This document shows, piece by piece, positions 9,658 to 18,972 of a stretch of 27,495 nucleotides of DNA. The notes beneath the pieces are model-generated. The model was not told the origin of the DNA. It ran no database searches and saw only the letters and a list, made by a program, of their open reading frames with translations. The stretch comes from a virus (lineage: Duplodnaviria; Caudoviricetes), in the IMG/VR virus record IMGVR_UViG_3300031716_000044, positions 1-27,495 of that record; one strand, given 5' to 3'. Within the stretch, counting starts at the first letter, position 1, and every line of letters starts with the position of its first letter. The translations under genes and the position numbers were made by a program.

Positions 9658-12600
9658 GGTCCTGTCCTGTTGGCTGCGTCACCTAGGCTCTGCATTATCG
9701 CGACCAGGGCCTGCGCGTCCGCTTGGCTCGCAGTGTTGATCGTCTTTTGCGTGCTGCCCAGGTTGATAGTCACGGAAAAGCTCGCTCCGTTGACCCCTGC
9801 GCCTGATGGCTGTCCCTGGGCGAAGTCTGGCTGACGCAGTGCCCCCGGTGACGAGCCGGCTGCTGCGCCCTCGCGGCGCTGCATACCTTTCGTGATCTCC
9901 AGTGCACGGCGAGCGATGTTGAACTGCTCCTGTACGCTGCGAGCCCCGTCGAACGAGAACGCCCCCGCGTTGCGATTCAACGCCCCAAGGTTGTTGGAAG
10001 CCGCGTCGAAGGCTGCCTGCGCAGTCGCCAAATCCCCAGCGCCCAGCGTGCCGTTCTGCAGTTTCTGTTGCAGAGCGAAGATGCCCGTCGCATCCACAGG
10101 ACCGGTATTGCCCGCGCGCCCGCTAGCCCCTTGCGCAGCCGAGTTACTGGCCGACACCTGCTGGTTGGCCTGGATCTGCTCGTTGGCCTTGGCGCGGATA
10201 GCTTCGATCTCTGCTTGGATGCTGCGAATGACCTCTTGCCCAGCCTCTGCCTCGATTCGCTTCGCCTTGGCATTGGCTAAGCGAGCATCGATCTCAGCCT
10301 GCTTTTCAGGAGTCAGCTTGCCGCTGACCTCCAGCGCAGCGCGCTCCGCTTCAGCCGCCGCTTCGATTGCCTTGGCCTCAGCCAGGGTCGCCTCGCTGTT
10401 GGCCCTGGTGATGCGGATCTCGATCTCCTTCTGCTGGATCTTTGCGCGGATCGCGGCCTCCTCATTACCTTGCGACTGAGCGACGATCTCCGCGGTGCGA
10501 GCGCGCTGCAGGTCCAGTCGCAGCGTCGCTGTGGCAAGGTCTGCATCGCGCTGGATAGCCGCTACCTTGCGGTTGGCAGCCGCAGCCGTGTCGTTCAGCG
10601 CATCTCGATACAGAGCCTGGGCCTGGGCATTGCGTAAATCTGCGTCTGCCACCTGCTGCTGGGTCGCGAACCCTGTCTTCTCGATAGCTCGCAGCGCCTC
10701 CAGAGACGCCTTGGCCGAGTCAGCAGCGGCACGCAACTCGCCCAGTCGCGCGGCATTGTCCTGGTACGCCGCGGCAACGACTTGACGCTCAGCCGCTTCC
10801 TGCTTCGCAGCATTGGCCTGCTGACGAACAACTTCGACCTCTGCGTTGCCCGTCTCGATCTTGCGATTTAGGTCTTCTATCTGTTGTCGCCTGGCTTGAG
10901 TGTCCTGTCCGCTGACACGGATCACTTCTAGCAGACTGTCCCGATACGCGATCAGTCCTTGCTGCTCCTTCTCACGGGTCTGGGCCAGGATCTCGGCCGC
11001 AAACCTCGTCCTGTCGGCTGCGTCTGCGGAAGTATTAAGGGCCTCCACCTCATTGCCGATCATCTGAGCAACTTGCACAGCGATCTCGCCCTGTAGCTTG
11101 GTGGCGTCGAACAGCTTCTTCTTGTTCGCAACCGCGACCTCTGCAGCCTTAGCGTTGTCCGCGTAACGAACAGCAAGTTGAGTCCAACTCTGGGCTGCAG
11201 TATTTGCTTGAGTCGCCCCCAGCGCGGAGGCTGAACCAACCTGCTGCTGAGCCGTGGCATTGACTTGTGCGGATTGAGCAACCTGCTGCTGAGCCGTGGC
11301 GTTTGCGCCCAGGGCCGCCGTGGCGCTTTGAACTGCTACCGTGGCATCGCCTGTCGCTTTGGCATTCGCCTGCTGTGCCTGCGTCGTGCCGTCCAAAGCC
11401 GCGGTCGTATCGCTGCTGATCTTGTCAATCAGTTTCTTGTACGCCTCGCCAGCAGCAGCCTGACGCTGTATGAACGCTTGACCTAGCTCACCTGCTTTCT
11501 CGAAATCCCCGCTGACGACCGACAGCAACTGACGCGATCCAGTAACCAGGGTGTCGAACAGGAAATTGAAGCCTTGCCCAAGAGTTGCCACCACAACGCC
11601 CAGTGCGCTTAGCGCGGCCTGCAGGCCGGCCACGGCACCGGTGTCACCCAGTTGCTGGGAAAACTCCGTGAACAGGTTTTTCAGCCGATTGATCGACGCA
11701 GCCAAGCCTTCGACGCGTTTTTGTCCATTACCGAACGTAGTTTCCAGACCCCGCGCAAATGCAGGCAAGAACTCCTCGGCCAGAAGCCCCCCGCTCTCGA
11801 CCAGTTTGATCAGTTGGTTCTCGGTGATACCAAGGCTACGTGCGGTAAGGGCCAGCGCGCCGGGCAGTGACTCACCCAACTGTCCCTGTAGCTCTTCCAG
11901 GCTGACCTTGCCCTTGTTCGCGATCTGCGCGACTGCGTTCAACTGCAACCCGACTTTCTCACTGCTTAGCCCGAGTTGGCCTGCAGCCGTGGTCAAGGCA
12001 GAGAAGATGCGCTGCGTCGTGGCCAGTGGCGTGCCAGTTGCGTTCAACGAGGCGTTGAAGGTGACAAAAGACTGGGAAAGTTCGCCTACAGAAAGACCTG
12101 TCTTGTCAGCAGTCTGCTGAAGGAACTCGATCTGTTGATTCGCAGCTTGTGTGCTACCAAGGATCAGCGTCAGAGACCGGCGCAGCGTTTCGACCTGAAC
12201 GTTGGCATCGACGAACTTCTTCGCGAGTTCCAGTCCGGTGTAGGCTGCAGCAAGCTGGCCGATCTGCGTGCTCAGGAAACCTGTCGCCCGGCCCATTGTG
12301 TTAATGCCGCCAGGGATCTGCTGTAGTTCTCGTTGCAGCGCCTGAATACGCTGCTGTCCTGAAGCGAACGCCCGATCGAACTCCTCACCGCTGACCGAAG
12401 AAGTCCTAGCCAGTTGAGCTAGCGCGCTATTGATCTGGGCGATCTCGGCGTTGATCGACCTGGTCGAACGCAGACCCACTACGCCGAATGCTTGCTCCAG
12501 GGCCTGCTGGCTGCGCACGGCCCCATCCCGCACAGCCTGAAGGCGCGTTTGCAGTTCTTGCTGGGCCAATTGCTGCTTAAGCGCAGCGGCAGCGGCTGCA

Positions 12601-13490
12601 TCTGCAGCCGCCTTCTCAGCGGCAGCGGCTTGTCTAGCTCCGGCGTCGCGTGCCTGCGCGGCTCGCTGAGCCGCAGCGACCGCCCGCTCATTAGCAGCCG
12701 CTACAGCCTGCGTAACCGCGTCAAGTTGATCCAGTCGTTTGGTCTGCTCGGCCAGTTCGGCCGAGGTAGCGTTCAGAGACGAGCGAACGCGCTGCTGAGC
12801 GCCGTCCAGATCGCCCGTCGCAACGCCTGTCTGGACCACGGCCTGCTTGGCTGCGTCCAGCTTATCGTTCTGGCCGGTTAGCTCAGCGCCTAGGCGAGCG
12901 GCAGCAGCAGACGCCTCGTTGTATGCCTTGGCTGCGGCCTGCAACGCCGGGCGCGCCTCCTTCACTGCGGCATTGGCTCGGTCCAGCGCGCCCTGCTGTT
13001 CGATCTGGGTGCTGCGAAGTCGTGTGAGTTCGGCCTGCAACGTCCGCAGCCCTTGCTTGTAGCCGTCCGTGCCCTTGGTCGCTGTGTCCGCGGTCAGCTT
13101 GTAATCGCGGATCTGATCCGTGACCTGGTTGATCTGCTTTCGGGTCTCATCCAGCGCGCTGCGCGCTGCGATCTGAGAGTCTCTGAACGCCTGGCTTGCG
13201 GCTTGCTGGTCCAGCAACGACTTGCCGAAGTTGTCCACCTTGCCGCGTGCATCGTTCAGCGCGGCTGCAGTGGATTCGACCTCGGTAGCGATCTTGGATA
13301 GTGTTTCGACAGCCTTGGTCTGATCGGCCAGTTGATCAAGTTCGGAGGCGATCCGGTTGAAGTCTGGGGCGGCTGCGCCTGCTTCTTTAGCCAAGTCGCT
13401 GACCTGCTGTGCCAGTTTGCGCAGGTTCTCAGCACCATCGGTCTCTACCGACAAGCGCAGGTTTACGTCTCGTGTATTCGATGTTGCCAT
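9654..13490 (-). CDS. Tail tape measure protein (1278 aa)
   Basis: Ala/Gln-rich helical protein with a recognisable tape-measure core (QIANKGKVSLEELQGQLGESLPGA) and hydrophobic stretches; follows the major tail gene. Confidence 0.92.
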   Translation of the reverse strand: MATSNTRDVNLRLSVETDGAENLRKLAQQVSDLAKEAGAAAPDFNRIASELDQLADQTKAVETLSKIATEVESTAAALNDARGKVDNFGKSLLDQQAASQAFRDSQIAARSALDETRKQINQVTDQIRDYKLTADTATKGTDGYKQGLRTLQAELTRLRSTQIEQQGALDRANAAVKEARPALQAAAKAYNEASAAAARLGAELTGQNDKLDAAKQAVVQTGVATGDLDGAQQRVRSSLNATSAELAEQTKRLDQLDAVTQAVAAANERAVAAAQRAAQARDAGARQAAAAEKAAADAAAAAALKQQLAQQELQTRLQAVRDGAVRSQQALEQAFGVVGLRSTRSINAEIAQINSALAQLARTSSVSGEEFDRAFASGQQRIQALQRELQQIPGGINTMGRATGFLSTQIGQLAAAYTGLELAKKFVDANVQVETLRRSLTLILGSTQAANQQIEFLQQTADKTGLSVGELSQSFVTFNASLNATGTPLATTQRIFSALTTAAGQLGLSSEKVGLQLNAVAQIANKGKVSLEELQGQLGESLPGALALTARSLGITENQLIKLVESGGLLAEEFLPAFARGLETTFGNGQKRVEGLAASINRLKNLFTEFSQQLGDTGAVAGLQAALSALGVVVATLGQGFNFLFDTLVTGSRQLLSVVSGDFEKAGELGQAFIQRQAAAGEAYKKLIDKISSDTTAALDGTTQAQQANAKATGDATVAVQSATAALGANATAQQQVAQSAQVNATAQQQVGSASALGATQANTAAQSWTQLAVRYADNAKAAEVAVANKKKLFDATKLQGEIAVQVAQMIGNEVEALNTSADAADRTRFAAEILAQTREKEQQGLIAYRDSLLEVIRVSGQDTQARRQQIEDLNRKIETGNAEVEVVRQQANAAKQEAAERQVVAAAYQDNAARLGELRAAADSAKASLEALRAIEKTGFATQQQVADADLRNAQAQALYRDALNDTAAAANRKVAAIQRDADLATATLRLDLQRARTAEIVAQSQGNEEAAIRAKIQQKEIEIRITRANSEATLAEAKAIEAAAEAERAALEVSGKLTPEKQAEIDARLANAKAKRIEAEAGQEVIRSIQAEIEAIRAKANEQIQANQQVSASNSAAQGASGRAGNTGPVDATGIFALQQKLQNGTLGAGDLATAQAAFDAASNNLGALNRNAGAFSFDGARSVQEQFNIARRALEITKGMQRREGAAAGSSPGALRQPDFAQGQPSGAGVNGASFSVTINLGSTQKTINTASQADAQALVAIMQSLGDAANRTGP

Positions 13491-13507
13491 TCGTGCTTCT
13501 CAGAATG

Positions 13508-13542
13508 AAAACGGGGCGCCGGGTTGGATCCCCGACGCCCCG
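13508..13542 (-). terminator. Intrinsic terminator/attenuator after the major tail gene
   Basis: Minus strand CGGGGCGTCGGG-GATCCAA-CCCGGCGCCCCG-TTTT: 12-bp stem with one G-U pair and a short U tract. Confidence 0.75.
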
Positions 13543-13576
13543 CGCCTGCAACTAGATCGTCAGGGGTCTTCAGTTA

Positions 13577-14326
13577 TCAGGCGTCGCGCAGATGAACCGT
13601 GAACGGCTCGACGAAGCCGGTCGGTGTCTTCATCCGACCAGGCATCGACACCGTGTTGAAGTCGTCAGCCAGGAAGTCGAAGGCCGCATCCGCGGCGATG
13701 ATGGCCTCATGTACGGTGACGATGCAAGGCGTATCGTCAACGAAGTTCTTGCCGTCCAGCTTGAACTTCGCGCGCACCTGGGCTTGCGTGGCGCCCTTGA
13801 TCTCGGTGCCGCTGATTGCCGCGTAAGTGCTGGTCAGTTTCAGCGCCTGGGCGTCGGTGATCGCGCCGCCCGTGATGGCCTTGAACCAGCCCAGTTGCCG
13901 ATTCAGGATGTAGTCGGTGCCTTCGACGTAGGTCACGGTCGCACCTGCGTTCGTCACCGTGGCCGTGCCGGTCAGGGCGGCCTTGGTCAGTTCGACCCAG
14001 TTGTCCAGGTCGGCCGTCACGTCCACTGCGGTAAGCGTACCGGACGATTGGCTGAGCGCCGCGACCGTGCCCAGCAGGGCGATCGCCAGCGACTCCTTGT
14101 TCACCTCGGCCAGGTCCACCGTGAGGTCGGACGGCTGAGGGATGGCGACCGATTCGATCACCTGGCCGTAGGTCGTGCGCCCCTTCGACACCTGTTCCTT
14201 CAGTTCGATGTTCGGTTTGATTTCGAACTTCGAGCACTCGAACGGGCCGGTGAATGGTTGAAACACCCCGCCCACTTGCCGGGAGATGTACAGATCCCCG
14301 GCGCCTAGAAAGCCACGTGCAGCCAT
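13577..14326 (-). CDS. Major tail (tube) protein (249 aa)
   Basis: SD AGGAG, own upstream promoter-like element, downstream terminator, N-terminal FLGAGDLY; lies between tail terminator and tape measure genes. Confidence 0.82.
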   Translation of the reverse strand: MAARGFLGAGDLYISRQVGGVFQPFTGPFECSKFEIKPNIELKEQVSKGRTTYGQVIESVAIPQPSDLTVDLAEVNKESLAIALLGTVAALSQSSGTLTAVDVTADLDNWVELTKAALTGTATVTNAGATVTYVEGTDYILNRQLGWFKAITGGAITDAQALKLTSTYAAISGTEIKGATQAQVRAKFKLDGKNFVDDTPCIVTVHEAIIAADAAFDFLADDFNTVSMPGRMKTPTGFVEPFTVHLRDA

Positions 14327-14353
14327 CTTTCGTTTCTCCTGAAAATGCCGCAG

Positions 14354-14398
14354 AGTTTACGAGAGGATTCCCTTTGCCCAACTGCGGGCGGATTGCGC
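14354..14398 (-). promoter_or_regulatory. Putative activator-dependent late promoter, copy upstream of major tail gene
   Basis: Minus strand GCGCAA-TCCGC-CCGCAGTT, 20 nt, then TAAACT. Confidence 0.72.
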
Positions 14399-14859
14399 TA
14401 AGGGTCCGTTAAGTTTTCGACGAATTTGCAATCGATCTCGATGGCGGCTGACACAACTGCCGAGCCGTCTTCTCGAACTGCAATGCGACGACCGAGATAC
14501 ACCAAGTCGTTCGGTCGGCAGATCTGCCCTAGCGTTCGATCTCCACTGAAGACCGCGCGCTTTAGATCGGCCAGGATCTCGTACGCCTTCTCGTTCGGCG
14601 CGTCCGGATCACAAACGTCATGACCGACCAGTAGATAGCGCTGCACCGTCTTCGACTTCGCGCTTTGGTTTGAACCCTGGTACTCCTCAACGCGCGTGTC
14701 CTCTTCGATGAGTACGGCTGCAGGAATCTCAGTCTCGGGGTCCAGTTTCAACTTGCCTGCAAACACGCGTGTGCCGATGTCAGTGGCATAGCCGTCGTCG
14801 ATCTTGATCAACGCCAGGCGCTCGGCAATGCGCTCGGCCAGGGTGCTCTCGACGCTCAT
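14398..14859 (-). CDS. Putative tail terminator (gpU-like, 153 aa)
   Basis: Acidic; I..RL..I...GY.TDIG..V N-terminus; immediately before the major tail gene; ATGA-coupled. Confidence 0.65.
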   Translation of the reverse strand: MSVESTLAERIAERLALIKIDDGYATDIGTRVFAGKLKLDPETEIPAAVLIEEDTRVEEYQGSNQSAKSKTVQRYLLVGHDVCDPDAPNEKAYEILADLKRAVFSGDRTLGQICRPNDLVYLGRRIAVREDGSAVVSAAIEIDCKFVENLTDP

Positions 14860-15620
14860 CCGTTGACGACCTTCCTGATCTGCGCGTCGATCTCATCAAC
14901 GACGCTTTGTTCCAGATCTTTCGCGACCAGTGGGGTCACGTTAGGTAGCGCGTGACGGAACATCTGCCACACTGCCAGCGAGTGCAGCGATACCAGCTTA
15001 CCCTTGCCTTTCCGATCGCTCTTCAGGCGCTTGAACGCTAGCAGGCCCTGGCCGCCGGCCACATTGCCCCTGCGCGCAGGCGTCAGGAACGCGAAGGAGA
15101 TCTCCTTCCGTTGACCGCGGATCACCTCGACGGAGATACCTGCTTGCTTCCGTCCCACGGCGATGCTCAGTTGCTTCGCGCCGACACGCTTCTTGAACGG
15201 CAGCGTTGCGCCGGGCTTGCGAGGATTCTCCAGCTTCGATCGCACGTTCAGGCGCGCCCCGGACTTGGTGTTGACGCCGGCATTGGTCCAGTTGGTGATG
15301 GTCTGCAGTTGCTGAAGACCGAACTGCCGCAGGTTCGTCGGACGCTCCGTCGCGCGTCGTCCGCCGGAGCGGAACGCGATGATCTGGGCCTCGGCCTTTG
15401 CCGACCCGGCCGACAGTTCAACGTCCATCTTCGACTTGACGTAATCGTCTGTGACGTTCACCCCGACCAGCATGATCTGCCTGGCTTTGTCGAACCCCCG
15501 TTGTGCGGCTCCGTTCACGGCTCTACGCGACGCATCGGCAAGGCTGGCCTGATCCATGCGCAACAGCGCCTTGGCAGCGGCCTGCACCTGGGTAACGTCG
15601 ATCTTGATTGCCGTTGCCAC
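14856..15620 (-). CDS. Putative tail completion protein (gpZ-like, basic, 254 aa)
   Basis: Arg/Lys-rich; occupies the gpZ position between head closure and tail terminator genes. Confidence 0.55.
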   Translation of the reverse strand: MATAIKIDVTQVQAAAKALLRMDQASLADASRRAVNGAAQRGFDKARQIMLVGVNVTDDYVKSKMDVELSAGSAKAEAQIIAFRSGGRRATERPTNLRQFGLQQLQTITNWTNAGVNTKSGARLNVRSKLENPRKPGATLPFKKRVGAKQLSIAVGRKQAGISVEVIRGQRKEISFAFLTPARRGNVAGGQGLLAFKRLKSDRKGKGKLVSLHSLAVWQMFRHALPNVTPLVAKDLEQSVVDEIDAQIRKVVNG

Positions 15621-15622
15621 GA

Positions 15623-15916
15623 TCAGACCTTCAGCAAAACGAAACGCCTGGCATAGCCATCGTCATCCAGCAGGACATCAAGTTTGTAGTTCACGCCAGC
15701 ATCGGAGAACGTGTCGCCAACCTGGGCGTTCTCGGACGCGTCGAACGTCGCGACGTACTGCGCGACGACCAGTTCGCCGTCCATGCCGGCGTACTGCACA
15801 TCGCGCTCGATATCCACTGAGTGCTGCGTGGGCGCCCCGCGCAGCGTGGCGACGCTACCCATGTGGCGAAGGATCGCCCTGGTGGCACGTTGAAACGCAG
15901 CGTTCGAGAAGCCCAC
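15623..15916 (-). CDS. Putative head closure/head-tail joining protein (gpFII-like, 97 aa)
   Basis: GTG 15916 with AAAGGGG SD; the track start at 15958 lies inside the terminator hairpin. C-terminal VGDTF...Y.LD....DDG pattern. Confidence 0.65.
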   Translation of the reverse strand: MGFSNAAFQRATRAILRHMGSVATLRGAPTQHSVDIERDVQYAGMDGELVVAQYVATFDASENAQVGDTFSDAGVNYKLDVLLDDDGYARRFVLLKV

Positions 15917-15930
15917 GCAAAACCCCTTTG

Positions 15931-15967
15931 AAAAGATGCGCCGCAGAGCGCGAAGCAACTGCGGCGC
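15931..15967 (-). terminator. Intrinsic terminator after the major capsid gene
   Basis: Minus strand GCGCCGCAG-12 nt-CTGCGGCGC-ATCTTTT. Confidence 0.6.
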
Positions 15968-15991
15968 GAAGCCCGACCTTCAGTCCCCCGC

Positions 15992-17011
15992 TTAGACCTT
16001 GGTCAACTTGACGACCGCATCGGGCCGCGAGTTGAAGTTGATGGGATTCGACTGGGACTCGATCTCGACGCCCCGGTCGAACTTCATGCGCTCCTGCTTG
16101 GCGTAGTAGGGGATGCCGACCGTGTTCACGGTCTCCATGTAGTCGGCCGGCGAGAAGCGCGTCTGGAACATGTCGCGCACACCCATCGGGATCAGGTAGG
16201 CGTCGTCGTCGCCGATGAAGCTCTGTCCGCTCACCGAGCCGCGGTACTCGCGCCAGGCCACCCCGGCGAAGGGGAAGCCCGAAGAGGCTGCGCTGTCGGC
16301 TCCGCGTTGCAGGTCGCGCAGGAACGCGCCGTCCAACCAGCGGTTGTAGGCGGCCTCGACGGCCGGATGGCTGACCAGGGCGTCGAAAAAGCCCTTGCCG
16401 CACAGCGCCACGTAGCCGGTCGTCATGATGCCGCCCAGCTTGTCCTCGACCTTGCGGATGGCCTCGGTGACCTTGATCTTCACCTTGGTGGAGTCCACGC
16501 CCAGCGCCATGGCGTGCGTCTGCTGCGTCAGGCCGAAGGTCGTGAACATGTCCATCAGAACCGTGGTGCCGTCCGCGTCCAGCACCTGCCCCTTGATCGC
16601 GCCGATGCGCTGCCACTCGATCGTGGCGTCCAGGTTGTTGCGCATCTTCTGCAGTTGCGTGTTCACCAGGGATTGCACGGTCTTCAGGTCACCCTCGGTG
16701 CCGAACGAGCGCACACCTTGCACCTCGGCCGCTGTCACGCTCTCGCGTTGGGGCAAGTGTACGGTCGCGATCGGGATCAGCTTACTCTTGTCCTTCGTCT
16801 CCGGACGGCCGGGGCTGCCCATGGGGACGGCCGGAATCAGCGACAGCGTGGTGCCCTTCTGCTCGATCTGCATCAAGTTGGTCGTGACGCCGGCCTCGTT
16901 GAAGATGCCCATGGCGCCGATCAGGCGCGGCTGATAGGGGACGTTCTGCATCGCCAGGGTCAGGGACCGCAGCGAGAAGGCGTCGTCGTTGAAAATGTCC
17001 AAAGTCGGCAT
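15992..17011 (-). CDS. Major capsid protein, lambda gpE family (339 aa)
   Basis: DIFNDDAFSL..LT.A, EVQGVRSFG, TIEWQRIGAIKG, PADYMETVNT.G.PYYAK, ESQSNP....RP motifs; SD AGGAG; strong GC3 bias. Confidence 0.93.
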   Translation of the reverse strand: MPTLDIFNDDAFSLRSLTLAMQNVPYQPRLIGAMGIFNEAGVTTNLMQIEQKGTTLSLIPAVPMGSPGRPETKDKSKLIPIATVHLPQRESVTAAEVQGVRSFGTEGDLKTVQSLVNTQLQKMRNNLDATIEWQRIGAIKGQVLDADGTTVLMDMFTTFGLTQQTHAMALGVDSTKVKIKVTEAIRKVEDKLGGIMTTGYVALCGKGFFDALVSHPAVEAAYNRWLDGAFLRDLQRGADSAASSGFPFAGVAWREYRGSVSGQSFIGDDDAYLIPMGVRDMFQTRFSPADYMETVNTVGIPYYAKQERMKFDRGVEIESQSNPINFNSRPDAVVKLTKV

Positions 17012-17046
17012 GTCAGATTGCTCCTTTTCCTGATTGCTCGCCGCGA

Positions 17047-17883
17047 TTAGCGAACGATGATGTTGACCGCGGCGAGCCCCGCAGTGGCCGAAGCGTCGTA
17101 GCCGGTGAGCGCAGAGCCCTTGACTTCCGCCAGGCGCGCGATGACCACTGCCTGTTGCTCGGTCGTCGAATCCGGTACGTTGTCGTACAGCACGGCCAGG
17201 GCGTTCTGCGTGCCATCGGCATTGCCAGACGCGTAGGCGGCGTAGTTGCCTGAATTGGCACCCACGACGATGTTGAAGCCGTCGCCGGCCACGAAGTCCG
17301 CCGAACCGTCCGCCAGCGTGAACGCCAGACCGCCAGCCGAGAACGCACTGGCCACGACACCGCGGCCGACGATCTTGCCGTCCGGGTCTTCCACGACGAA
17401 CGTGCCGACGTTGGTGCCAGGCTCTGCGATCACCAGCTTGTAAGTGCCGGCCATCGCGCCTGCGCTCAGCGTGATCGCGCCCATCGCGCCGTCGCCAGTG
17501 TTGCCGGCGAAGGCCGTCGCCACTGCGCCGGCTGCCGTGATCGTGGTGCTGGACGCAGTTTGCGAGGCGCTGACAGTGTAGGTCCCGGTGCCGCCGGTCC
17601 CAGTGCCCAGGGCCGTGATCTTGGTGCCGGCCGTGACACCGGAACCGCTGAGCGTCTGCCCCACGGTCAGCGCGCCCGAGCCCAGTGCGGTCACGGTCAG
17701 CGTGGTGCCCGAGATGGACCCCGTCACCGACGCGGCGCTGCCTGCCACGGTCTTCTTGCCCATCACGGTGCCGGCCGCGAGGGCTGCAGCCGATCGATCC
17801 ACGGTCACCTGATCCCGGCTCAGCGTGTCCTGGCTGGACAGCATGAACTCGGCGGTGTGAATGCCTTCAACGAGAGTCGCCAT
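17047..17883 (-). CDS. Head decoration protein (gpD/HDPD-like) with about 165 aa of inserted domains
   Basis: N-terminal EFMLS...SRDQVT...L.AGTVMGK and C-terminal Y...A.DG.Q.A.AVLY...R.AEV...L..VNIIVR flank a Gly/Thr-rich insert; directly precedes the capsid gene. Confidence 0.82.
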   Translation of the reverse strand: MATLVEGIHTAEFMLSSQDTLSRDQVTVDRSAAALAAGTVMGKKTVAGSAASVTGSISGTTLTVTALGSGALTVGQTLSGSGVTAGTKITALGTGTGGTGTYTVSASQTASSTTITAAGAVATAFAGNTGDGAMGAITLSAGAMAGTYKLVIAEPGTNVGTFVVEDPDGKIVGRGVVASAFSAGGLAFTLADGSADFVAGDGFNIVVGANSGNYAAYASGNADGTQNALAVLYDNVPDSTTEQQAVVIARLAEVKGSALTGYDASATAGLAAVNIIVR

Positions 17884-17897
17884 TCCTCATTTCTCCT

Positions 17898-18905
17898 TCA
17901 GTTGGTTGCCTTGCGGCGAGCAGCATAGATTTCCTCAACAGAGAACGCCCCCTGCTGCGTCGTCGGGGCAGATCCTTGCGTGTTCTTCACGTTGCTGGTG
18001 TGCGTAGCCTCGTCCTTCTCCGCGCGTGCGGCGATCAGGGTTTCGCGCACCTTGGCCAGGGGCGCCGCGTCGCGGATGAAACCGGTCGCCCGATCGCTCG
18101 CCTTTGCGACGGCGCACAGCGAACGAATCTCGCCGGCCTCGGCCATTGCCCGCTGCGCGTCCTCGACGGAGGCACAGGTCAGCGCCCACACGTCGGCGAA
18201 CTCGGCCATGCCGGCCTTCGCTGCGAACTCGGCGATGGCCTGGGCCACGGGGGTGCTCAGCGAGGGCGGTGCGACCTGCTCCTGCGCAGTCTGGGCGTTC
18301 TTGAACAGCGCCTTCACGTTCTCCGGCAGACGGTCGAGTTCGAAACTGGCCGTCGCCTTCACGTTCTCGGTCACGTTGTCGGCGAAGCCGTTCTCCTTGG
18401 CCTCGCTGGCGGTCATGTAGGTCTCGGCAGCCAGCAGTGCCCGCACGTCTTCCTCTGACTTGCCGGTGCGCGCGGTGTAGATACCCACGATGGACGCATC
18501 GATCTTGTCCAGGATGTCGGCCGTCTCGCGCATCTCCTCAGCATTGCCCCAGGCGAGGCCGGAGGCGTAGTGCACCATCATCATCGAGTTCTCGGGCATC
18601 TCGATGGTGTTGGCGGCCATGATCACGAAACTGGCTGCCGAGGCGGCGATGCCCATGACGCGGCCGGTGATGTGGACGCCCTTGTTGCGCATGCCTTTCA
18701 GCGCGTTATAGATGGCCAGGCCATCGAACACGGAGCCGCCGGGCGAATTGACTGACAGGACGATACTCTTCACATCGCCTAGGTTCTTCAAGTCGCTGAT
18801 GAATGCCTGGGCCGTCACGCCCCAGAAGCCGATCTCGTCGTAAATGGCGATCTCGGCTTCTTCCGGCTTGTCAGCCTTTGCATTTATGGCATACCAATTC
18901 TTCAT
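17898..18905 (-). CDS. ClpP-type prohead maturation protease with C-terminal scaffold-like region
   Basis: NSPGGSVFDGLAIYNAL, GIAASAAS (catalytic Ser), MMVH, ETYMTA.EA...GFAD. Start 18905 gives better spacing from the GAGGA SD than 18911. Confidence 0.92.
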   Translation of the reverse strand: MKNWYAINAKADKPEEAEIAIYDEIGFWGVTAQAFISDLKNLGDVKSIVLSVNSPGGSVFDGLAIYNALKGMRNKGVHITGRVMGIAASAASFVIMAANTIEMPENSMMMVHYASGLAWGNAEEMRETADILDKIDASIVGIYTARTGKSEEDVRALLAAETYMTASEAKENGFADNVTENVKATASFELDRLPENVKALFKNAQTAQEQVAPPSLSTPVAQAIAEFAAKAGMAEFADVWALTCASVEDAQRAMAEAGEIRSLCAVAKASDRATGFIRDAAPLAKVRETLIAARAEKDEATHTSNVKNTQGSAPTTQQGAFSVEEIYAARRKATN

Positions 18906-18927
18906 GAGCATTCCTCGATTTAGCGCG

Positions 18928-18972
18928 ATTCTACGATCAGAATCGCGGAAATTAACTGCGGACTATTTGCGC
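18928..18972 (-). promoter_or_regulatory. Putative activator-dependent late promoter, copy upstream of protease/capsid genes
   Basis: Minus strand GCGCAA-ATAGT-CCGCAGTT, 20 nt, then TAGAAT. Confidence 0.75.

Noticed and set aside
15957-15964. Fourth CCGCAGTT copy downstream of the capsid gene
   Set aside because: It lacks the GCGCAA half-site and a -10 at 20 nt, and is explained as one arm of the terminator.
13592-18458. Long antisense or alternate-frame ORFs (e.g. 13592..14308 +, 15855..16616 -, 16307..17050 +, 17976..18458 +)
   Set aside because: Shadows of high-GC3 structural genes with no recognisable motifs.
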